DNA of 63,927 nucleotides, the filler included, from Reticulomyxa filosa (lineage: Eukaryota > Protista > Foraminifera), in the NCBI GenBank assembly GCA_000512085.1. It is 23 parts of 23 records of this genome, joined end to end, with 100 filler letters (N's around TTAATTAATTAA, not from the genome) between each part and the next. Parts side by side here need not be neighbours in the genome. Positions count along the whole stretch, not along the records: positions 51,382 to 52,767 come from ASPP01009161.1; positions 52,868 to 54,822 come from ASPP01018778.1; positions 54,923 to 56,428 come from ASPP01004171.1; positions 56,529 to 57,743 come from ASPP01000580.1; positions 57,844 to 59,117 come from ASPP01025750.1; positions 59,218 to 61,365 come from ASPP01048697.1; positions 61,466 to 62,827 come from ASPP01032733.1; positions 62,928 to 63,927 come from ASPP01045354.1; 15 more parts are not named here. The stretch is one strand, 5' to 3'. The notes below the pieces were generated by a model. That model worked only from the letters and a program-made list of their open reading frames with translations, was not told the origin of the DNA and did no database searches. Below are positions 52,688 through 63,927 of the stretch, one piece after another; within the stretch, counting starts at the first letter, position 1, and each line of letters starts with the position of its first letter. A program made the position numbers and the translations under genes.

Positions 52688-52867
52688 ATACTTACAAATA
52701 TCATAATGATACTATTTTCCAATTGATTCAATATTGTTAATGTTATTACAGTAAATTGCAAAAAAAANNNNNNNNNNNNNNNNNNNNNNNNNNNNNNNNN
52801 NNNNNNNNNNNTTAATTAATTAANNNNNNNNNNNNNNNNNNNNNNNNNNNNNNNNNNNNNNNNNNNN

Positions 52868-53053
52868 ATCTTCGTGTTCATTACATATTATTTCCATTGC
52901 ATTATTTGCAATTTGTTTGCATAATAAACATTGAAAGTTTCTTAAAAGTCTTGGTTTATTGGAAGAAGAGACCCAGTTCTTGTCATAACATCCTTCAAGA
53001 GAGAAAGTGTTTAACTTTTTAGCTTTGGTTTCTTCTTCATGTAGCACTAACAT
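52868..53053 (-). CDS. TRAF-type RING finger protein, N-terminus
   Basis: CYDKNWV...FQCLLCKQIANNAMEIICNEH is the first half of a C3HC4-like RING. Truncated at the contig end. Confidence 0.7.
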
Positions 53054-54324
53054 GCTAGTCAGTTTTTTTCTTTTTTTAGTCAGTGTAAAAGGGGCACATT
53101 CAATTTCATTTTACACAAATGGAGACAAAGACAAGTTTAATTCTTTTTGAAAAATAACTTAATTTTATGTCACAAAAAAATGTTAAAAATAATGTTGTTT
53201 TGATTTTTTTGGAGTAGATTTTTCCAGAAACAAAAAAATTGGAGTAGAAAAACGAGTTTTTTTTCAATTATCCAAGAAAAAAAAACTCACCCTTACTCAC
53301 CGAATAAGATATTTGATTGACATCTTCACTATTAAATACAAATTAAATACTATATCAAATTGTATTTTCACAATATATGGAGTAGTTTTGCTTTGTGATA
53401 GGAAAAATGAATATAAAAGTAAACTTATGAAAAGTGATAAAAAGTACTTGTTAGAAAATATTTTTTATTATCCATGTTAAACTATTGGACAACTAAAATA
53501 TCTGATGACCGACAGATATTATTAGATTTCACTTTAATGTCGATAATAACAACATGTTTTATTTTGTGTTATTTGATGACATTTAAAAGAAATGAATTAA
53601 AATATAAATTCAAAAATGATCCAATCAAGATATTTTGTGAAAAAGGTCAATATGCAAAAATAATGAAAAAAGGAGTACATTATCAATCTCCAAAGAAGAG
53701 CTGAAGATTGTTTACGGTAATAAGATAACAAAAATGTTCAGCAATTTTTTGTCTTTGTGCGAAATAAAGAGATTCTACTTAAAATATTGAGAACATATTT
53801 TTTTGGTGCATCAAGCTGATATTTTCAATTGTCTAAGTTCCGGAAAAACATTTACATTTGGGACGGAACGTACTCTTTTCCGTTGACAGTGTGATCAAAT
53901 AATATAATTATAGGTAAAATAATAAAACAATTAAAAAATAGTTCCAAATGATGATACAATTATATCACATTCGTACGGTACAACTCACATTTGAGAGTGA
54001 TGCAAACAAAATGAGTTTTTACCAAACAATAATTGCATGTGAAAAAAAAACAAGGTGTAGTTTTTTGCACAACAACTAACTACAATGAGCGCAAAAATTG
54101 TTTGGACAATATTTTTTAAAATAAATGTGAATTTGCTTTGAAAGTGTGACAAAACTTGGTAAAGTTGTGTTAGAAATTATGCATTTGATCCTCTTTGAAA
54201 TCGCCAAAAAAGAGAAACAAAAAAATAGTAATTAATTTTAATAATTAAGAACGGGATGTAAAAATCTACGAAATGGCAATAAAGCAGAGAAACAACAATG
54301 ACAACAAAAAAAAAAGTGTAACAC

Positions 54325-54740
54325 TTAGTAATTGTCAGTTAATTTTTTTAATTCCACGTGTTTACCAAATTTTTTTCTCCAGAGGACATGTTTGCGATCA
54401 TCCAGGTCAACACCATTGAGATGAGGTAGGTTGGTGATTTGATAGGATTGAGTATTTCGGTTAAAGTCTAGCAAAAACACATCATTTTCGGCCCACTTGT
54501 CGTTGAGCACAATTTCTTTTTCCAAGCACTCAATGATGTGATGGAGTAGATTGTCGATAACAGTTTTTTCTTTGTTGGGTTCGATGTCGTCCAAAGTCAC
54601 TTTGGAAAGACGACAGACTATTGGCGTGGCTTCATCATCGGCGGCAAATCCACGAATGGCATAGTCAAATCCACTGTACTTATATTCCACATATAAATAA
54701 TCACGTTCGAACGAGAACACAGGGAACTCTGTTGCATGGA
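54325..54740 (-). CDS. Terminal exon of an unknown protein with weak ATP-grasp/Cdc123-like resemblance
   Basis: Clean ORF of about 135 aa ending TAA. AIRGF and DVFLLDFN loosely recall Cdc123 EFRCFV and WLIDFN. Confidence 0.45.
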
Positions 54741-54922
54741 TTTTATCAAAACACAAGCAAATAAGTTATGCAATAAAATGTATATATACTATTCTGACAA
54801 TAAAACCAAACAAAAAAAAAAANNNNNNNNNNNNNNNNNNNNNNNNNNNNNNNNNNNNNNNNNNNNTTAATTAATTAANNNNNNNNNNNNNNNNNNNNNN
54901 NNNNNNNNNNNNNNNNNNNNNN

Positions 54923-56345
54923 ATCGCAATATCGATTATTTTCCAACAGCGTTCACGTTCTTTTCTTCTTCGTCTTCCACTTTTCGCTTTCTTGAGTGCT
55001 ATCCCCGTCAGTATACGCACGATCCAAAATTTAAAGTTGCGAGTGTGCGTGCACACACGACCAGTTTCGGAACGATTGCGCAATCTCTGCGTTAACAAAA
55101 ATTAGTGCAATTTCCACAATAACAAAGTGGTCCTTGTTCATTGGTCTGATAGATCCAGCTTGACATCTTCTGTAATTATCCGCAGAAACTTTTTATGCAC
55201 TTGTGTTGATGGAAAACGTTCTGTCCAATACTTCGGGCTACCACTCCTTGAAATTACCACACTTGTTCGGAATTTTCCTTTGGAATGCGATATGTGAAGT
55301 TATCCACGTCCGCAAATAGCGATTTTGCGCGTTTCCAGGAATGAAGAACGTTTCTATAGATAAAATCAACAAAACCAGCAGACTGATTTATTTTTTAAAA
55401 AAAAAAAATGCAAAGAAATACGTACTTGTCATTTTTTTCATCTTTCTCCTTCTACTCATTTTACTCTTCTTGCTTGACTCAAATTTCGCACAACTCTTCC
55501 GCCAATTCGAGTCACTCTCACAAGGAACAATTCTCCATATGTAGTCGTTTTTTCGATCTCTATGTGTATTGTTTTTTTGACAACGTTCGCACTATTTTCT
55601 TGATCACCTTCCACTTCTTCAGTCCAATCGCGCTGCCGTTGTAAACATCGCAATGTCTATATCGTTTTTCTCGTTGCGCTATACCATCACTTCTTTTTCT
55701 TTCTTATTGGCAAGCTTGCGCTTTTGTACCGGGCGGCAGCAAGGCCCAGATTGTTTGGAATGGTCTGGGACAACCTTGATCCACTAGACCAATGTTTGAA
55801 GAGATCCATGAGTGAGAGTAGCATTTCTTTTCTTTTTCGTTATTGGGCGTATTCGTTCCTTGGCATTCCTAAGTGCCATTGTTCAATAATTTTTTATTAC
55901 CACACGATTCACGATTTAAAATCATGTCGACTCGAATCCAACTGAAGAAAATACAAATTGGTGATTTTTCTCCAAGTGCTGGGAATAATGCAACGAATAC
56001 AAAGTATTGCATCTCATCCAACATGTAATTTCGATCCAGAGGACTGTCGGCGCTGATTTTTTTTGTCGCATAACGCAAGGCAAGTGACTCTTACAATGAT
56101 GGAGTCAGAAAATACAACTATTATCTTTCTCTTTCTATCTTCAGCGACTATCAATACTTATGTTGCTTGCAAGCTCACCATTCGTCCCATTAGCAGCACA
56201 CACACAATTCGAAATCCAAAGTCGCGACTTTGCGCAAGCTTCTTGCTGGCCGTTGTATTGGCTGAGTTTCTCCACTTTGCACGATACCATCAGCAGCACA
56301 CTCACGATCGAAAACCAAGGTCGCGAATGTGCGCACGTACACGAT
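54923..56345 (-). repeat. Further copies of the ~1.12-kb repeat family
   Basis: The reverse strand carries GTGCGCACATTCGCGAC, CAATCTGGGCCTTGCTGCCGCC, GAAGTGGAAGG, CCTGGAAACGCGCAAAATCGCTA and ACCAATGAACAAGGA..TGGAAATTGC, matching the 24390-26573 units. Confidence 0.85.
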
Positions 56346-58901
56346 AGTTGCGCTTTTCTTATTTTTTCTTATTCTTTATTCTTTTTTATTTCCACCCTTT
56401 TTCCCTTTTACATTTTCCCTCTTTTTTTNNNNNNNNNNNNNNNNNNNNNNNNNNNNNNNNNNNNNNNNNNNNTTAATTAATTAANNNNNNNNNNNNNNNN
56501 NNNNNNNNNNNNNNNNNNNNNNNNNNNNTAGCAATCACTCTGTTTTAACTTTTTTTTTGTAACTAAAGCAGACAAAAAAAAGATTAGCGAAACAAAGGAG
56601 TTTCAGAAAATACAGTTGGCAAAATGTTATAATATTAATTTAACACTTTATGATGTTGCTATCAACAGACATCCATACTGCTCATAACAAAACAATTTTA
56701 AATTTTATCAATTTACTTTTTTCCCAAAAACAAAGCATTCAATGCTTCTTTGTTTTCAATTTCATTTCTTGTATGTGTGATTACTTTCAACTCTTGCACA
56801 TCAACAATTGACACATTTTATTCAATGACAAATTGAATTCTACTTGTCAGTATCCTTCCAATAAATTGGATTGATTTTATTAGTTACGCCATGCCATTCT
56901 TTCCTCAAATTTCTTTTTTTTCCTTAAATTATCATTACAATGGCTCCATCATTGCTTCGATATGACGTCGATTTTTTTTGTTAATGGCAATGTTCACATA
57001 CTTACTTCCAATTTTGGATTGCCAAATCTTTCATTTGGATATATTTTACTTTTGTGTTTCACTCCATTTTATTTTTTTTATTTTTTTTGCATCGTCGCTA
57101 GATTGTGTAACAAAATTAAGTTGATCACTTTATCAATAGAAAATTTTTACAAAATTTGCCATTTCACAAATAAAATGCAATGCTCCGTTTGTGTACATGG
57201 CTTTTTATGCCGTCCATGCATTTCTCATTAACGTCCGCATTTTTTAAATACTTCAATTACGTTAACAAAATTTTTCTCATACTTGAGCCATTTTTGCGAC
57301 ACTTTGTGATTGGAGGTATTCAATCACTTACGTGATACTCCGTTTTCCATGTCATGCTGCCCCCTAGTCGCTCTTTCGTATCTCAATTTTGATTGGCAAT
57401 TTTACTCTTTTTTTTTGCAAACAAGGTCTGTGTTTTGTACATCATAAAAAAAATAATCCAATTTCGTTAATGCCTTGATACGGGAATGTCCAACATATAC
57501 TCCTTTTTTTGTAGGCTCAAATACAAAAAAAAAAGCGTCCAAACTTACCAAAAAAAAAAAAGAGAAGCAGGCCCTGCTACAGGTAATTGTCTCTTCTTTA
57601 TGTTATGACGAGAATAAAAACAACTAATACAAGCAATACAACTTAAACAAACACTTGTTTCGGTTCAAGGGGGCTTTTACACAAGTTTAGATAAACATGT
57701 TCTCTCCAAAATGTCGAAATTTAATGCTCTAGTTTTGATTTTTNNNNNNNNNNNNNNNNNNNNNNNNNNNNNNNNNNNNNNNNNNNNTTAATTAATTAAN
57801 NNNNNNNNNNNNNNNNNNNNNNNNNNNNNNNNNNNNNNNNNNNTTGAGAATAACAGAAAAAGAAAAAAATGTTTGATCCTTTGTTTTTTGGGTGTTCTAT
57901 TTGGAGGTATGCATTTGTTTATAATCAATTGATAGTCATTGAATAACACACAATAACAAAGTAACAACAATGTTATGAATAATGAAAAAATAATTGAAAT
58001 TAAAAAAAAAAACATTCGAAAGAACTTCGATGTACAAAAAGGTTCTAGAATAAACAGAAAGATATTTCAATTTGCAAGGGATAGAGCTTTATAATGTTAA
58101 TGTTGCAAGTGGAAGAATGCCAAGAAGTAAAAGTAAAAACTTTGTCATTAATTTAGATGATAAATTCTCTTTGCAATAATAATTTCTAACTGCGAATTGT
58201 GTAATCATCTAAAGAAATATTAATCCACGTTTTTTATGCAATTATATATTACCAAAATATTTTTGACAATACATTTCATTGTTCTTAATAGAAAAAAACT
58301 CAATCATTTTTCTTTTTACATCAAAGAAGGGCTTAAGCAAAAAAACAAAAAAATATCATAAAAAATAATTGAATTAAACAAAAATAATGAATGAAATTAT
58401 TATTATAGTTTCAAGGAATATCGATTCTTACCTTCCTGATGCATCATCTGCAACGACTCACAATTAGTTTAAGTAAAATTCTTGTAAAGGATCAACATAA
58501 TTCATTTCAAACTGTCTGTCTTTCAAACTAAAAAATATTTCCTTTTTTTTTTAATCTATTGTTGTATTCTCTAATATTTCGTGTTCTTCGAAACAGAAAG
58601 ATATACATCATGAATTACTACAACAACAATCGTGTTCGATTCTATACAAAAACACAATACTTAAAATATTTTACAACTTATTTTGATATTTGAATACAGC
58701 ATTCATTAATTATGTTTTTCAATTCTTTAAAAAACAGTGAATGCAGCATTTTTCAATTTTTTAAACAACAAAGTAAAATAAAACATATCTTTCAATGCTT
58801 GCATTCAATCAAGCCAAAAAAGATTGATATCAACTTACTTTTCTTTAATCAAACTTTCCAAACAAAAAACACTTTCATTAGTTATTCAACAAAAAAGGAA
58901 A

Positions 58902-59117
58902 TTATCCCCAAATACGAATGTGACCATTATTTGAACCATAACACAAATTCAAATCATATGTAACATTATTTGCATTCTCTTTCTTTTTCAACCCAACAAA
59001 TTTAAGACAAGTTATTCCATTATCTCCTTTCTCATCTCCTTTGATCATATACAATTCATTCTTATTTGATCGAATATCCCAAAATCGAACTGTATTATCA
59101 AATGATCCAGAACATAT
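58902..59117 (-). CDS. WD40-repeat protein C-terminus (not in ORF track)
   Basis: ICSGSFDNTVRFWDIRSNKNELYMIKGD...CLKF...LCYGSNNGHIRIWG followed by a stop. Confidence 0.85.
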   Translation of the reverse strand: MCSGSFDNTVRFWDIRSNKNELYMIKGDEKGDNGITCLKFVGLKKKENANNVTYDLNLCYGSNNGHIRIWG

Positions 59118-59217
59118 NNNNNNNNNNNNNNNNNNNNNNNNNNNNNNNNNNNNNNNNNNNNTTAATTAATTAANNNNNNNNNNNNNNNNNNNNNNNNNNN
59201 NNNNNNNNNNNNNNNNN

Positions 59218-59811
59218 ATTCCAGGGAGAATTAAATGTAGATCTTGGTGAATTTCAAATCAACTTGGTTCCATTCCCAAGATTGTATTTCATGACAACGG
59301 GAATGAGCCCAATTACATCTAAAATGGATGTAAGCACTGCTCCTAATCATGTACAAAGTATCACGGATGAGTGCTTGATGCCCACCAATTGGTTGGTGCA
59401 AATCGTGGACAAGACAAATGCATGGCAGTTAGTTTAAATTATCATTGAAATGTCAAATCCAAAGAAGCGAATGCTACTATTTGTTGGCTTAAGGATAATC
59501 ATAAATTGAGTTTAGTGGAGTGGTGTCCAACTGGATTCAAAATTGGCTTGAGTGAAATGCCACAACTCTGTTTGGACGCAGACGACATTGGCAGCTTTCC
59601 GTGAAATGTGGTTATGATCGGCAATAACACTGGCATTTCTCAGATGTTCGGCAAACGACTTGTGCAAAAATTTGATTATATGTATTCACAACAAGCGTTT
59701 GTTCATTGGTATTTTGGAGAAGGAATGGAATAAGGAGAGCTCACTGAGACTCGTGAAGGCTTGGTGTATCTAGAAAAAGATTATGCTGATATTTTGATCG
59801 AGATTATCTGA
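59218..59811 (+). pseudogene. Divergent alpha-tubulin (alpha2-type) pseudogene, C-terminal half
   Basis: [50 protein letters not shown] and LEKDY. In-frame stops at 59446, 59602 and 59731, plus a frameshifting deletion near 59405. Confidence 0.92.
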
Positions 59812-59959
59812 GCGAAAAAATAAAAAGGAGAAAGAATAACTTTCAGTAATGAAAAACAAACTTCTGCAAGACTATTATTAGTAGGCTTCAACTTTCAGAA
59901 GACTAGTTGTTTATATATTTTTTTATTTATTGAATGCAATTTATGATTGAATTAGTCAA

Positions 59960-61067
59960 CAAAAGAAGAAATCGATCTATCAAAAGAAAAATACCAACAT
60001 AATTATTGTGCATTGGACTCGAACACTATGCATTAAATTTGGATGGACTCACTGCCTTGACAAAATTGTTGTTAATTATGCTATGTTTGTTTTCTATTTA
60101 ACTGTAATCAATATATTAAAAAGTTTATTTGTTATTCATTATTATATTCAAGTATAGTTTCATGTTTGACATGTTCCGTTCATCATTTAAATTACTCAAA
60201 GCTTTCAAATGATACACTTCTTGGGTGAATAGAATTGTTTTTTTGATTTCCAATAATAATCAATACATTTGTTCTGAATCGGCTGATAAAACATTTTATG
60301 TATGGATATAGTAACAGGCAAATAAATTCAGTTCTTCAATGGACATTCACATTATGTTAGTTATGATAATGATAAGTAGAAAATTTCACACAACAATCAT
60401 CGTAATGTCATTTGTTCTTCATCATGGGACAACATGATTCGTTTTTGATATTTCAAAGATAATCAACAATTGAACATATTCAATGAACACGCCGATGATA
60501 TTTATAGAATTAAATTTTCATATTTAACGGTGGTCGATATTTATGTTCTGGGCCTGGCAACAATGCTATTCTCTTATGTGACATTTGTAAACATTAAAAT
60601 CATTGAAGATCTTTCATAGACATACAAATACTGTTTTGCGTGTGTGTAGACATTTCACCATTGCAAAACAATAACAATAATGATAATAATAAAAGTATAA
60701 ATACAATATTATCTGGGTCAAATGTTGCAAGCGCTCGTTTGTGGAATATTCGAACTAGTCAACAAATTCAAGTATTCAATGTACAAATATATTATGTGAA
60801 TGATGTGGAATATTCACCTTTTATAGTACATAATAACGAGGTAATGAGTAATTCAAATGTAATATCTGTATCATGTGATAATCTAATTTGTCTTTGGAAT
60901 ATTCGATCAAATAAGAACGTATATGACTAATGGAAATGACAAAAAAGATAATGGAATATTTTGTCTTAAATTTCTGCAATTAAAAGAAAGCAAACAAAAG
61001 CAATCATACTGTGATTGTACTAATCTGTTATTGTTCATATAAGTGTTCTATTCGTATTTGGGGATAA
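59960..61067 (+). pseudogene. WD40-repeat pseudogene
   Basis: Remnants HWTRTLCIKFGW, ICSSSWDNMIRF, CVDISPLQNNNN, LWNIRSNKN and IRIWG-stop. Many stops and frameshifts. Confidence 0.85.
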
Positions 61068-61517
61068 TATCACTTTTAACAACAAAATTTTTTGACTTGT
61101 TTGCTCCTTTTTAATTAAATTGTGAATTTTACATGATATAGCATACTATTTTTACTGCTTCAGAATTTGTTTTATGATTCTTTCATGATGATATTTTGAA
61201 GACTGATATGTTTCTCTTTTTATAAACGAGTGATTATTTGCCAAATAAATCTCATCAAACTAATCAAATTCCATTCGTTGCTTTACTATTACTATTCTAC
61301 AGCCCAAGCATTCTATTCCCAAGTAGAGCTTTTTTTATCACTATGCTTTATATTTTGTTTTAAGANNNNNNNNNNNNNNNNNNNNNNNNNNNNNNNNNNN
61401 NNNNNNNNNTTAATTAATTAANNNNNNNNNNNNNNNNNNNNNNNNNNNNNNNNNNNNNNNNNNNNGGTGGTATATTTTTTCCCAAGTGGTAAATTTTTTG
61501 TGTTATGAACAAAATAG

Positions 61518-62315
61518 TTTTGTGAAAACTTTGACGGGAAAAACCATCACGTTGGATGTGGAGCCCAATGACACCATCCAAAACGTCAAAGCAAAAATTC
61601 AGGACAATGAAGGAATTCCCCCAGAGCAACAACATTTGATCTTTGCCTGCAAGCAATTGGAAGACGGCCGAACTTTGAGCGATTATAACATTCAAAAGAA
61701 AAGCACCTTGCACTTAGTGTTGCGTTTACGAGAGGTGGCGCGATGCAAATGTAAGTTGAAGTAGTAAAATTGTTTTTTTCAAGTAATCATTTTTTTTTTG
61801 CTACTGGTAAATTTTTTTGACCAGTTGTATTTTTTTTTCCCAAGTAGTAAATTTTTTATGATTGTGAACAAAATAGCTTTGTGAAGACTTTGAGGAGAAA
61901 AACCATTACGTTGGATGTGGAACCCAACGACACTATCCAAAACGTCAAAGCAAAAATCCAAGACAAAGAGGTATTCCTCATGAACAGCAACGTCTGATCT
62001 TTGCGTGAAAGAAATTGGAAGAAGGCTGTACTTTGAGTGATTACAACATCCAAAAGGAAAGCAAGCTGCATTTGGTTCTCCGTTTGCGAGGTGGAGCAAT
62101 GCAAATTTAAGTAGTTGATTTTTTATGCGTGAGTTGTTTTTTTCTTTGTATACGTTATCTTTTTTTTTAATCCGAGATTGCGTTACGTATTCAATTAGTT
62201 TTTTTGTTATTGAAAACAGTTTCGTGAAAACCTTGACCGGCAAGACAATAACGTTGGACGTAGAGCCCAACGATACTATCCAAAATGTTAAGCCAAAATT
62301 CAGGATAATGAAGGC
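61518..62315 (+). pseudogene. Polyubiquitin pseudogene, three monomers separated by introns
   Basis: [24 protein letters not shown] in three units. Junctions read RGG-A-MQI. Introns at 61751-61876 and 62107-62219, the second donor mutated to TTAAG. Frameshifts and stops; third unit truncated. Confidence 0.92.
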
Positions 62316-63927
62316 ATTCATCTTGAAATTAGGCCAAATTGATACTTGCATTTTTTATGTTGCTGTTGATGTCTTTCACCAATTGTTGCGAAAAAATCTA
62401 AGAAAGATTCATGTACTGTGATTTGAAATATCAGATAAAGTAGATTCTAGCAAACAGCATTGTTTTTATGTAGATCTAGATCCACACTTACATAAATGTA
62501 AATTTTTACTTTCTAATTTGTGTTTAAAGAGATATTGATATAACCTTTTTTAAAAATAACAAACAGTGATAATGCATGATAATGTAGATGGCAATTAATA
62601 ATGAGTTAGCCTGCAGAAAGTTTCATGAAGTGGTTTCGTAAATGGTCCAACAAGACCAGAAGCAGCAAACGAAATATAAAAACGGGCCAACATGTCACGA
62701 AACACTAATCGAATAAAAAATATGTGAAAACGACTAATTAACAAGCTGAAATAAATTGAAAATAAAATTTTGTTGCATTTTCTTGTGCAAATTTTATCAC
62801 TATTAATATTTGTATTTACAATTATTTNNNNNNNNNNNNNNNNNNNNNNNNNNNNNNNNNNNNNNNNNNNNTTAATTAATTAANNNNNNNNNNNNNNNNN
62901 NNNNNNNNNNNNNNNNNNNNNNNNNNNACACTGCCTTTCTCGCTTGATTTGTTCTTCCAAACGTACAATCATGTCCACTTCTATTATACATAAATGTATG
63001 TATGTACATTTATAATATATGTACATATACGTATATCATACCACTTTGATCGTTGATGTTCATCTTTGTAATACATTTATAAAGTAGCTGGCGATACACG
63101 AGGATCATTTACAGTTACAAATCAACTCGCTCAAGATTTCATTGTCCAAGTTGTTCAGCGAGCTGATAAACTAGATTACAATCCATTTGTTGCTGCGGAC
63201 GTTACCATTCGCCACATTGTCAATTGTATTCATATTCATTTTCCACATTGCCTTTATCGATGATGATAACATGTAAATATTATATTGGATTCTTGTAGCA
63301 GCACAATTTATGGAAGATACAATCTAATCAAATTAAATGCAAATATTTCAAAACCATCTGTTGCCAAGGATGTATTTATTCAATGCTTCCGGCACACCAT
63401 TCAAATGACCAAGGCAATGGAATATTTGACACTACTTTGAATAAACTGTTGATAACTTTCACTTGACAAAATATTTTTTTTTGTCGATATCTTGTTGTTT
63501 GAGATCCATAATCACAGCTACATGAGGAATATATATACAATAAACGCGGAGGTATTTTGGCTCGGATATTCCAAAATGTTACAGCTACTTCTGTTCTGTC
63601 GATAGATAAACAAACTGTGTGATTTGTATTGTAATATCATAACACACACCATTGTTTCAAATGTAGAACATAGTTACAAAATACCATTTACTTTAAGGTC
63701 GATTTTCAAAATATCACCACCACCATCGTTTAGTCATCTTTGTGATACCTGGTAACGATTGTACTCATCAGTACGTCTTTTTTTTTAATGCGATATTGAG
63801 TTTGATTTGTCTTTTTTCGAACAGCTGAACTAGTGTGATCACAAACAAACAACGTTGAAACATACTTAGCAAACTTGAACGAAGGACCAATACGATTAAC
63901 ATTTGTAGCTTCGGGATATGCTTATAA

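Noticed and set aside
59446-59604. In-frame TGA codons as selenocysteine or readthrough
   Set aside because: They fall at non-Cys positions of tubulin together with a TAA and a frameshift, which indicates a pseudogene.
3713-62927. Regularly recurring TTAATTAATTAA palindrome as a CRISPR-like or biological repeat
   Set aside because: It is always centred in identical N runs and encodes stops in all six frames, so it is an assembly linker. No CRISPR array or cas gene was seen.
1-63927. A clustered ubiquitin-system locus (E3-like, UFD2, RING, CUE, polyubiquitin), and tRNA or rRNA genes
   Set aside because: These genes lie on different unlinked contigs, so the clustering is an artefact of concatenation. 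No tRNA or rRNA signature was recognised by eye; covariance-model searches would be needed to exclude them.

Overview
This window is not one contiguous locus. It is 23 short contigs joined by 22 artificial 100-bp linkers (N44-TTAATTAATTAA-N44), so adjacency across linkers is meaningless. The DNA is AT-rich, intron-containing and full of microsatellites. It looks rhizarian, most likely foraminiferan (Reticulomyxa-like): polyubiquitin monomers are joined by an extra Ala, a divergent alpha2-type tubulin is present, and WD40, Kelch, TRAF-RING and HEAT family members and pseudogenes are frequent. Recognisable genes, mostly partial: a HECTD4/MYCBP2-like large protein, a tandem Cu-only SOD repeat protein, a spinster-like MFS transporter, serine palmitoyltransferase LCB1, an SLC38/AVT amino-acid transporter, a dsRBM protein, UFD2/UBE4 and WD40 proteins. 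Pseudogenes: class III cyclase, HEAT repeat, Kelch, WD40, alpha-tubulin and polyubiquitin. The most interesting signals are (1) a multi-domain copper-only SOD with one intact and several degenerate domains, (2) a decayed protein-primed family B DNA polymerase with motifs A, B and C, suggesting a Polinton, virus or linear-plasmid remnant, (3) a recurring reversed-polarity intron architecture (T-rich 5' arm, A-rich 3' arm ending AAAG, no polypyrimidine tract) that could fold into hairpins, and (4) an unidentified ~1.12-kb tandem and dispersed repeat family. All calls are from manual motif reading; no database searches were run.
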